Shown piece by piece: positions 18,391 through 26,855 of a stretch of DNA of 64,000 bases (its first letter is position 1; the number at the start of each line of letters is the position of its first letter). Both the position numbers and the translations under genes were made by a program. The stretch is from the NCBI GenBank assembly GCA_015231265.1, contig JADGBX010000002.1:4174-68173 (forward strand), in the 5' to 3' direction. Source of the stretch: Magnetococcales bacterium (GTDB taxonomy: Bacteria; Pseudomonadota; Magnetococcia; Magnetococcales; JADGBX01). The notes under the pieces were generated by a model that did no database searches, was not told the DNA's origin, and saw only the letters and a list, made by a program, of their open reading frames with translations.

Positions 18391-19251
18391 ATGATTCACA
18401 CCCCATTGAAACAGAATGATATATATATACATCCCATGACACACTCTTCTCAATTGCCCAACGCTACAATTGTCCATTTGACGGTTTTCAAATCCGGAAC
18501 AGTTCTATTCCGACGCATCATTGAGGATCTCACCGGTCTTCCCTGCTTTGAACCGGCTATTACGCCCGGAAAGGTGGACTATCAAGATGCTGATCAACTG
18601 CACTGCAAGGAGGGCCACTTCTATTCCTGGCATCTCTATCCAACGCCGGCGGTGAGAAAGATCATCATGGAGAGCGCCGCAAAACCAGTCATGTTATTGC
18701 GAAACATCTATGACTTACCCGTCTCCATGTACTATCACTTCGCAAAGAATATTGATGCTGAAATCGGGCGTGGACGCAATGTCGAGCACCATTTTTCGGA
18801 GATCTCCCGTCAGGAAGGTTTGGACCTGATCATCGACGGTTTCACCAAACCCGATTTCATCTGGCCCGGAATCGGCACCCATCTCCAGCACATGGAGATG
18901 ATGTTCACCCTGGCTGATGAACACCCCTCTTTCATAACAAGCTATGAACGATTGGTTTCCGAAAAACAGGGAGAGGTTGAGAGACTTGCCGACATGCTCG
19001 ACATCACCGTTGACTCTCAGACGCTCTCTTCCATAGTCGAAAACAGCCGTTTTGATGTCATGAAAGCAAAAGCCGTCAAAAACAACACTGCCTCACATTT
19101 CCGCAAAGGCACCCCCAAGAGCCACCTGACCGAATTAACGACGGACCAGATCGACCGCGTCAAGGCAATCATGCAGCAGCAGGCTCCCCGTCTTGAAGAG
19201 CTGGCACGACGGTTTGCGTTCCATGAAATTCTAGAGTGCGCCTCCGACTGA
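18391..19251 (+). CDS. sulfotransferase family protein
   Basis: 286 aa with a PAPS 5'-phosphate loop-like FKSGTVLF and a C-terminal FRKGTPKSHLTELT motif, both typical of sulfotransferases. Confidence 0.65.
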   Translation: MIHTPLKQNDIYIHPMTHSSQLPNATIVHLTVFKSGTVLFRRIIEDLTGLPCFEPAITPGKVDYQDADQLHCKEGHFYSWHLYPTPAVRKIIMESAAKPVMLLRNIYDLPVSMYYHFAKNIDAEIGRGRNVEHHFSEISRQEGLDLIIDGFTKPDFIWPGIGTHLQHMEMMFTLADEHPSFITSYERLVSEKQGEVERLADMLDITVDSQTLSSIVENSRFDVMKAKAVKNNTASHFRKGTPKSHLTELTTDQIDRVKAIMQQQAPRLEELARRFAFHEILECASD

Positions 19252-19560
19252 GAGCTGTTAGAGCTGTTAGAGAACAGAAGCCATGACTGTTGACGATTCT
19301 ACACACACCTCTCATCAGTTGAGGCATGACCGGGTGCTTTCATAGCGCACACCAACTACGGTTTCCGTGTGTTTGCATGTTCTTTGCATACACACCTGTA
19401 GATCCCATTATTATTCATGGTAAGCGGCTGATATCTTGACACCCTTTGCACCCGATTCTTTGAGAAGAGACTCTGGTGAACGATCCTGGACCAGCATACA
19501 GTCCAGAGCCGGCTGCCCTATCTCTTGACACCACTTTTCTCAGATTTCGGATAGATATTC

Positions 19561-21555
19561 ATGACCACTCAAAACCCACAAATCAAACGGATTGGTCAGG
19601 ATCACAACATCGTCTATCAACGAAATCTCCAGATCCTTCGCCTTCTCGATCCGCAACTTCATGCGCGCGTCGCCGCTGTACAACTGCCTAACTCTGTTGC
19701 TATTGAACCCGTTTTCGGGACCAATAATGCTGTTCAGAGTGTTCGGGTAACCATGTCCGACGGGCACCATTTCTACCCGTGCCGACCAGGCAATCTGAGC
19801 AAAGAGGATCAGGCGTTTTTTTCAAAGACGACAAGCATGACGGTTTTCTGTCTCATCGGTACGGAAAACGTCGACCTCTTCTTCTATCTTTTTGAACGCA
19901 GTATCGACATCGGTGAGCTTAAGCACCTCAAACAGGTGCCGTTCTATGTGTTAGAACCGGACATCAATGCCTTTGTCATCCTGCTCTGTCTGTATGACAT
20001 GCGCAAAATCTTCACCTCTTCCCGTGTGAAGTTCTTCATCGGCGAGAAGTGCATCAACGATTATCTCGATTTCCTTTCGATCTCGGATCGGCAGAAACCG
20101 GCCTACATCATGTCGCCAAACAGCAGGATAGAACTGAAACAGGGCGTCATTGACGGCATCACGGAGTTGCAGGACAGGCAGACGAAATCTTTAGAGAACC
20201 TCATGGAGAGTTGTGCACAACGCTACGACTCCCCTGAGCGACAGCTGGAGATCAAACAGGCGTTCCAGAATCAAGGGCGCCCGCTTCGCGCCATGTTCTT
20301 CACCTCCCGTTACACCTCGTTTCTACAATACGGAACAGCCAATCTGGCCAACGGGTTCAGCCTTATGGGGTGTGAGGTACAAGTCGTCAAGGAGACGGAC
20401 ACCCTCTCTGAATACAACATGCTCTTTATGTTGGAGAAAATTGACCAGTTCGATCCGGACCTGATCATGATGATCGACCACTTCCGTTGGGAGTACCCTC
20501 ATCTCCCACAATCGATACCTTTCGGAACATGGGTGCAGGATCTTCTTCCCCAGATGTTCCGTGACGATCAAGGTCCCCTTGGTCCCCACGATCATGTCTT
20601 CAGCTTCTCAAAAAAGTGGATTCGGACCAAACGGTTGAGCGGGCCAATGTTCGGAGACCGGCCAATCCACTATCTCCCGGTGGGTGTTGACACTGAGGTG
20701 ATCCGCCCTCTTCCGGACGTGAAGAAGGATATCGACGTTCTCTACGTCTCCAACCTACCTCTGTCGGACCATACACTCGATCCCTTTCGCAACAAGGATA
20801 CCTTGTACGAATACACCCTTTTCAAGAATGAGCGCGAAGCGTTGGACAACAATGCCATCACTGTTGAACAGATGGTAATACTCTACACGCTTATTGTTGA
20901 GGAACTGGAAAAAATCTCCTACCTTGAAGCGTTTGAACTGGAACACAATCTGGTGAGAAAACGGTTGTTTGCCAAGCAACTTCTGGAGTTGCTCGAGATT
21001 AAGGACGTGGAATCGTGTATGGGCCTTTTCGTGGATAACAACCAGACCCGTATTGGCTGGGATATCTTCCGAAAACTCAAACTCACCCCTGCCCGTCATC
21101 TCGCCGAACAAGGAATCAATATCCATATCTACGGCTCCAACTGGGAAACATTCCCTGAGATAGCCGACCACTGCCACGGAATCGTTCAGAACGGCGACCC
21201 CCTGAATCGACTCACCGCCCGCAGTCGCATCTGCATCCATAATTCAGGAACCACTCTGCACATGCGTTCCATGGAAATTCTCGGTGCTGGAGGATTTCTA
21301 ATGTGTAAACAGACAGATCCAACAATTGACAATACAGCTATCACCGATTTCTTCGAAGATGGTAAGGATATGGTGCTCTGGAATAATGAGCAGGAGTTAC
21401 TGGAACACGTTCGTCACTATCTGGACAACCCGGACGCTCGTGAACGCATCGCCCGGCAGGGGTTTGAGAGCTGCATGAAACAGTTCACCTACGACCGTCT
21501 TGCCCAACAGGTGCGTGAGACCATCCGCAAGGATCTTTCACAGCTGGAAGCGTAG
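19561..21555 (+). CDS. CgeB-like glycosyltransferase-family protein (paralog of 8225-10225)
   Basis: 664 aa. Blocks shared with 8225-10225 include NLQ(L/I)LR, FDPDLIMMIDHFRWEY, WVQDLLPQM, LHMRSMEILGAGGFLM and HVRHYLDNPDARERIARQGF. Confidence 0.6.
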   Translation: MTTQNPQIKRIGQDHNIVYQRNLQILRLLDPQLHARVAAVQLPNSVAIEPVFGTNNAVQSVRVTMSDGHHFYPCRPGNLSKEDQAFFSKTTSMTVFCLIGTENVDLFFYLFERSIDIGELKHLKQVPFYVLEPDINAFVILLCLYDMRKIFTSSRVKFFIGEKCINDYLDFLSISDRQKPAYIMSPNSRIELKQGVIDGITELQDRQTKSLENLMESCAQRYDSPERQLEIKQAFQNQGRPLRAMFFTSRYTSFLQYGTANLANGFSLMGCEVQVVKETDTLSEYNMLFMLEKIDQFDPDLIMMIDHFRWEYPHLPQSIPFGTWVQDLLPQMFRDDQGPLGPHDHVFSFSKKWIRTKRLSGPMFGDRPIHYLPVGVDTEVIRPLPDVKKDIDVLYVSNLPLSDHTLDPFRNKDTLYEYTLFKNEREALDNNAITVEQMVILYTLIVEELEKISYLEAFELEHNLVRKRLFAKQLLELLEIKDVESCMGLFVDNNQTRIGWDIFRKLKLTPARHLAEQGINIHIYGSNWETFPEIADHCHGIVQNGDPLNRLTARSRICIHNSGTTLHMRSMEILGAGGFLMCKQTDPTIDNTAITDFFEDGKDMVLWNNEQELLEHVRHYLDNPDARERIARQGFESCMKQFTYDRLAQQVRETIRKDLSQLEA

Positions 21556-21617
21556 AGATATTGCAACCTCCATGCATGCCATACCCCCTTCCAAAGATGA
21601 ACATCTCCAGTACACCC

Positions 21618-23576
21618 TCAGCCATCCCCATGGCAAACGGTTTCCGGAGGCTGATAGCACTCTGACCAGATAAGAGAGCGATCAACAGGAATGCCCACCC
21701 GCTGCAACCGCTGCCACATACCGACTGGATCGTGGCTCGGAAGAAGAAGGAAGCGGTTGTCCCTATACCTCTCCACGGCAGCATCATCTAACAGACTGAC
21801 TGAAACGTCGAAAAATTGACCGTTTTGACGATGTGGCCTGTCGTCCAGAACGGCACGAATCGTTAAACCACCAAGATCGATCCGCTTTGAAAAAATGGTG
21901 AGATAACGATCCATAGCGGGCATGACCACAACCGGCTCATCATCCAGCTTCCATGCATCCAATCGCTGTTGGAATCTCTCATAGAGCGCCTTGATGTGTG
22001 GCACGAACAGCGGTGAGAAATGCATCTTTCGTTGGCAGTGTGGACAGAGGATATTGATGCCGCGCACACCAAAAAAAGGCTGCCACGGATTGAGTTCCGG
22101 TGTTCTTCCTTCAGCAGGATACTGAACACGATAACTGTGCTGCTTACCACACGATGGACAGGAGATGAGCGCCGTGGACAACTGGTGATCAACGGACTGG
22201 AAATCGTGAAGAGTAGCTGGTCTTTTAGTGTGGTTGAGATCCGTTATCTCACGGAGCTTCAGATAGGTATCCTGACACTGTTCATCCGTCATCGTCGTCA
22301 TGTTGACGGGTGGTTGGGGTGTGGTCCATAACCAAGTAGCCCCATTGGAGATCTGCTGAGTGAATGCGATCGGGTCGGTGATCAGACCTTGTTGGCGACA
22401 GCTCTCATAGAGTGGCGTCCCCGGATAGGGTATGACTGCACTCCAGTCGATAAAATGGAAGGCGTTCCGCTCCTGAAACGCCAGACTCTCCGCCACCGTT
22501 TCCTCGGTCTCGGCTGGATCTCCAAAAAGGAAATTGGCTTGAATAGCAATATCGGCCTTCCGAGTTGCATGTAGCGCTTTTTCTATCTGTTCAGGCCGTA
22601 TCCGCTTGCGCATGCTCTCCAATACGGTGCGACTACCACTCTCGACGCCGTAACTGATCCATACACAACCACTCCGACGCATCAACCGCAGCAGGTCGGC
22701 ATCATCCGCCCCGTTCACCCGTAGCTGACATGTCCAGCGGATATCAGCCTTCTTCTCGATCAACGCTCGACAGAACTGGTCGATACGTTCTTTTTCATAG
22801 TCAAACAGTTCATCATAAATCGCAAAAAAACGGGCTCCATAACGCGCTTTCAAGTCCAGAATCTCAGCAACAACTCGTTTAATGTCCCGCTTTCTGTAGA
22901 CCTGACTCGTGGGATGGAAGCAGAAGGTGCAACGATATGGACAGGAACGACTGGCAGAGACCGGAATGGTGCGACCAAGATCATTGATGGTCAGGTGCGC
23001 GTCGAACCGGTCCTCCCCTTGCATGGCAACGAACTGCTCAATGCCGAACGCCTCCAAATCCGGTGAAGGCAACGCATTAAGGTCTTCAATCGCCTCCCGT
23101 TGTGGTGTTAAGTGCGTCGTCTCCCCTTGCCAATAGATAATTCCGGAGATCGCTGCAAGATCCGGTTGCGCGGCTTCGAGAGCAGCGACCAGCTCCCGCA
23201 TCGTTGCCTCCCCTTCACCGATCACACCGATATGTGGCCGCAGGTGGTTGAAAACGGCCTCAGGTTCGGCTGTGAGCAGACCACCTCCCAAAACACGAAT
23301 GATGTCAGTATTATACGCCTCAACAAGAGAGAAGATCTCTTGGATGGCATTCATGGTCACGGAGAGTCCACCACTCGCCACGAGAGCGATCTCTTCGGTT
23401 TCGAGTATTCGGCGGAGCGCCGGCATCCGTTCTTTCGCGTCGATATTATTGAGATTCAAGCAGATTACGCGATGACCATCCTCTTTCAAGCACGCGGCAA
23501 TGGATGCCATTCCCAAAGGAAAATAGCGGCTGTTCGCTGTGGCTGCATAACTGGGATTAACAAGCAGAGTGTTCAT
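21618..23576 (-). CDS. B12-binding domain radical SAM protein with ~250-aa C-terminal extension containing a Cys4 zinc-ribbon-like motif
   Basis: The ORF runs to 23777. The ATG at 23576 gives MNTLLVNPSY. It has a cobalamin-domain pattern, SCPYRCTFC, and downstream CPSCGK...CPHCQRK. Confidence 0.8.
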   Translation of the reverse strand: MNTLLVNPSYAATANSRYFPLGMASIAACLKEDGHRVICLNLNNIDAKERMPALRRILETEEIALVASGGLSVTMNAIQEIFSLVEAYNTDIIRVLGGGLLTAEPEAVFNHLRPHIGVIGEGEATMRELVAALEAAQPDLAAISGIIYWQGETTHLTPQREAIEDLNALPSPDLEAFGIEQFVAMQGEDRFDAHLTINDLGRTIPVSASRSCPYRCTFCFHPTSQVYRKRDIKRVVAEILDLKARYGARFFAIYDELFDYEKERIDQFCRALIEKKADIRWTCQLRVNGADDADLLRLMRRSGCVWISYGVESGSRTVLESMRKRIRPEQIEKALHATRKADIAIQANFLFGDPAETEETVAESLAFQERNAFHFIDWSAVIPYPGTPLYESCRQQGLITDPIAFTQQISNGATWLWTTPQPPVNMTTMTDEQCQDTYLKLREITDLNHTKRPATLHDFQSVDHQLSTALISCPSCGKQHSYRVQYPAEGRTPELNPWQPFFGVRGINILCPHCQRKMHFSPLFVPHIKALYERFQQRLDAWKLDDEPVVVMPAMDRYLTIFSKRIDLGGLTIRAVLDDRPHRQNGQFFDVSVSLLDDAAVERYRDNRFLLLPSHDPVGMWQRLQRVGIPVDRSLIWSECYQPPETVCHGDG

Positions 23577-23799
23577 GCAGAAGTCCATCGCCACGATTCG
23601 GTGGTCTTGATCAACCAAGCCAAGACAATTCTCCAGTTGCAGACGCCTTTTCCATCCCTTTAATTCAGCAGAGATTATCCCGATTGGTAAGCAACTACCA
23701 TGGGCTGCACCCAATGGATTCACCCTGCCAGGCTTTCCGAACAGACCTCTGTAGCAGCCACTTTCCAGTGGCTTCAATGAAGAAGACGCCCAGATAAAC

Positions 23800-23985
23800 T
23801 AGGGCGTGTCCTCAATGAGAACGAATCAGCGTTTGTGACTGAATATGCAGCAGGCAAGGCGTGAGGAGCGCGGTTTGGCACGGCCAAATGAGCGACAAAC
23901 AACGCAGCATGGTGCATTTTCAGGCTAAACCCGAAGGGCTGGCGGTACGCTAGCGCTGTTTCGGGCTCATTGAGGACACGCCCTA
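23800..23985 (+). repeat. 186-bp MITE-like palindromic element, copy A
   Basis: 20-bp perfect terminal inverted repeats TAGGGCGTGTCCTCAATGAG / CTCATTGAGGACACGCCCTA. It is intergenic and matches copy B at 169/186 positions in my hand alignment. Confidence 0.85.
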
Positions 23986-24114
23986 ATTACACTTTTCGAA
24001 TAACAGGCGTGATCACATCCCCATCCAGATCAGCTAAGAATATCACGACGAACACTCTCCTGTCGAAAGCGAGGAGAGCGGATTCTTGGAGTAGAATCAC
24101 ACGGCACTTCACAT

Positions 24115-25011
24115 CTATCGATACTTCGAAAGTCGAGCACGCAAGACAGTAAAGTTAACGGGTTCACCCGAACTCTCCTGAGCTTGAAGAATACGGAGGG
24201 TTCCTCGGCCACAAATCACCAGGGGTATATTATCTCGAATAGACCAGAATTTGCCGGGAGTTCGTTGTTCGAAGGTCATTTCGGGACCGGGTTCGACTCT
24301 ATTAAGTATAATCGTCCGCCCGTAGCATGCCGTTTTTGCCCCGGAATAGGGCGGGCCAAGAGCATTGACGAAGCGTGTTATGTATTGAGCATCCTGTTCC
24401 CAATCAACCCACATATCCTCTTCATTGCGCCAAATGGAGTAGGTCGCTTGGGTTTCATCTTGTTCCTGACCAACAAGAGGGTTGCCATTTGCAACGCAAT
24501 CGAAAACCTCTTTAGCGCAGGCACTATAAGCAGAGCGTAATGCCGTCAGAGCTTCCTGTAAGGTGATCGGGTAGGAGATGTCAACCAACGATTGCGCCAA
24601 GATCGGCCCTTGATCAGGCTCTTCGCTGGGGAGCAGAGCTGTGACTCCCAAGCAGGGTTCTTCATTCAGAAGCTGGGAAACCGTTGGAGAAAAACCGCGA
24701 TAACGTGGGAGCGGAGAATCATGAAAGATCACCAGGTTCTCAGTGGTAGGCAGTAAAAATTGCCAACCGACGACGAAACAGAGATCGTACCCTTTCAACT
24801 CCTGAAAGCTTGGCCTGTTCTTCATTTCCAACTGGAAACCGTACCTCTGTGACAAGCTGTTGATTCTCTCCAGATAATCGCTCCCTTCTCCCTTCTGACG
24901 ATAGGTGTACACCATGGTCGGCTGAAGAAACTCGATTGTATCTTCTAGAAAGTTTGCCCCTTTAGTCCCGCAAACCAATGCGCAAACTGTAAGGGGAGTG
25001 TTGAGGTTCAT
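24115..25011 (-). CDS. formyltransferase-like protein (N- and C-terminal Fmt-type domains)
   Basis: 298 aa with VIFHDSPLPRYRGFSP (HxSxLPxxRG-type) and DQGPILAQ. It looks AT-richer than the flanking genes. Confidence 0.7.
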   Translation of the reverse strand: MNLNTPLTVCALVCGTKGANFLEDTIEFLQPTMVYTYRQKGEGSDYLERINSLSQRYGFQLEMKNRPSFQELKGYDLCFVVGWQFLLPTTENLVIFHDSPLPRYRGFSPTVSQLLNEEPCLGVTALLPSEEPDQGPILAQSLVDISYPITLQEALTALRSAYSACAKEVFDCVANGNPLVGQEQDETQATYSIWRNEEDMWVDWEQDAQYITRFVNALGPPYSGAKTACYGRTIILNRVEPGPEMTFEQRTPGKFWSIRDNIPLVICGRGTLRILQAQESSGEPVNFTVLRARLSKYR

Positions 25012-25875
25012 CGCAGCATCTCCCTCCTACTTAAGATCATCCTGGAGTCATTACCAACGTGCAGGAGAGTTTTAGTTGATTGTGGTCACTATAGTCCAGC
25101 CACCACGCTTCAAGTGCGTGAAGGCTATGCTTCCAGCAAGACCAACACCATCTTCAAAGTGATACCCGGTTACCATAATTACATTCTTCACTCACACCTC
25201 TCCGTCATTTGAATATTTCGAAGTACAATGACGACTTGATCATCGAAGAAGAACGCCACCTCAACAAAACGACACGCCCTAAATGAGGAGCCTTTTTACT
25301 GGAATCCTTGGAGTAAGCAATGGCTGTCGAATCCTGAGAGATCAAAAAGAGCACATATTCACACTCAAACCTTGGATACTATTCTCTGGCCATGATTTCT
25401 GCAATATATTCAAAGAAAGTGACAGATTCTGCTGAGCTATTCCCTCATGTTCGTGCCTGAACAGGAAACAAGAAAGAGGTGAAGAGCGCAGCTTCGGTCT
25501 GAATGAGAGAATGCGGTCTAGAATCAGGTTGCCTGACGAGACACGACGCCATTACCGACGCTGGAATGAAATCAATGGTTCAACACAACACGTCGCTTGG
25601 AAGGGATTATGGGAAGTGGTAAAGTTGGCCCCGGATTGACCGGATGGACGCACTTGATCCAAAGGATCGCATCAACTCCAGCAGGAAACACTTGGACACG
25701 AACACCTCGTTTCACCAATATTCTCATATAGGTAGTAAACATTTATGAGAGTCTCTTCCCAGTTATTCTAGAACCGATAAACGGGTTTGAGATTGGCCGA
25801 CAACAAGGATGCCTGAAATCTGGGCGTCAGAAGAAACTCTGCTGTCTTGAAGAAGGATAATAGGTAGTCGCAACA

Positions 25876-26586
25876 ATGAAAAAATTAAAAAATTTGGCCA
25901 TTATTCCCATGCGAGGGGGGTCGAAACGGATTCCCAAGAAGAATATCAAACCGTTCTTCGGCAAACCCATTTTCCTCTACACCCTTGAGGAAGCAAAGAA
26001 GTGCAAACTCTTTGATGAGATTATGATCTCCACAGACTCGGAAGAGATCGCACAGCTCTGTAGAGATCATGACGGGAACATCCCCTTTATGCGTCCTCCG
26101 GAACTGGCTACCGACGAAGCGAGGCTGGGAGATGTTTGTGCTAATGTCATACAAACCTATGAAAATAAAGAGGTATATTTTGAGAACTTCTGCATTCTTT
26201 GGGCGACTGCACCGATGAGAACCGCCGAAGATATCAAGAATGCCTATCAGCTCCTGGATGAAAAGACGGAAGCTGTTGTTGGTGTCAGCGAATTTGATTA
26301 CCCACTTTTTTGCGCTCAGTATCTTGCACAAAGTGGTGAACTGGTCCCAGTCTTCCCCGATTTGTGCATGGCCCCTGCAAAAGAGCATCCTCAGGCCGTC
26401 GTGGATAACAGCTCGATGTGCTGGGTGAAAACGGCTGCCTTTAAAGAACAAGGAACATGGCTGCCAAAACGCTTGAAAGGTTACTCAATGCCGCGCTCTC
26501 GCTCCGTTGATATCGACACCCAACAACAGTGGGACCAAGCAGAGTTCTTCTTCAATAAGTTTCTTAAGGAACGAGATCGTATCTAG
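25876..26586 (+). CDS. acylneuraminate (nonulosonic acid) cytidylyltransferase family protein (NeuA/PseF/LegF-like)
   Basis: 236 aa with the N-terminal signature AIIPMRGGSKRIPKKNIK, then ISTDSEEI and RPPELATDEA. Confidence 0.8.
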   Translation: MKKLKNLAIIPMRGGSKRIPKKNIKPFFGKPIFLYTLEEAKKCKLFDEIMISTDSEEIAQLCRDHDGNIPFMRPPELATDEARLGDVCANVIQTYENKEVYFENFCILWATAPMRTAEDIKNAYQLLDEKTEAVVGVSEFDYPLFCAQYLAQSGELVPVFPDLCMAPAKEHPQAVVDNSSMCWVKTAAFKEQGTWLPKRLKGYSMPRSRSVDIDTQQQWDQAEFFFNKFLKERDRI

Positions 26587-26669
26587 GGCGTCTACAATCA
26601 GTGCGACATGCGGGATCGGCTCTGTCTGGAATTCATAATAACGAGTACAACAACTCTTCGTACAGAGCC

Positions 26670-26855
26670 TAGGGCGTGTCTTCAATGAGAACGAAATCGC
26701 GTTTGTGCCTGAAAATGCAGCAGGCAAGACGTGAGGAACGCGGTTTGGCACGGCCAAATGAGCGACGAACAACGCAGCATGGTGCGTTTTCAGGCCAAAC
26801 CCGAAGGGCTAGCGGTACGCCAACGCGGTTTTGGGCTCATTGAAGACACGCCCTA
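26670..26855 (+). repeat. 186-bp MITE-like palindromic element, copy B
   Basis: Same element in the same orientation as copy A. Its TIR carries a paired C>T / G>A change that keeps the two ends complementary. Its last 3 nt are the TAG stop of the platform gene. Confidence 0.85.

Noticed and set aside
19252-19269. Tandem 9-mer GAGCTGTTA x2 immediately after the sulfotransferase stop
   Set aside because: With only two and a bit copies, it has no evident structure or function and is likely a trivial slippage duplication.
25071-25196. 41-codon minus-strand frame (GTG...TAA) upstream of the formyltransferase
   Set aside because: It is too short, has no RBS and no recognisable family. I mention it only as a possible pseudogene relic, not as a CDS.
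26485-26772. 95-aa ORF, and the related 119-aa ORF at 60275-60634, sharing the peptide FVAHLAVPNR.PH.LPAAFSGTNAI
   Set aside because: The shared peptide simply translates the 186-bp repeat element. The ORFs run from flanking non-coding DNA into the repeat and have no start context, so I treated them as spurious.
23800-26855. Possible CRISPR array, given the repeated sequences
   Set aside because: The repeats are 186 bp, internally palindromic, kilobases apart and one is inverted elsewhere. There are no short regular spacers and no cas genes.
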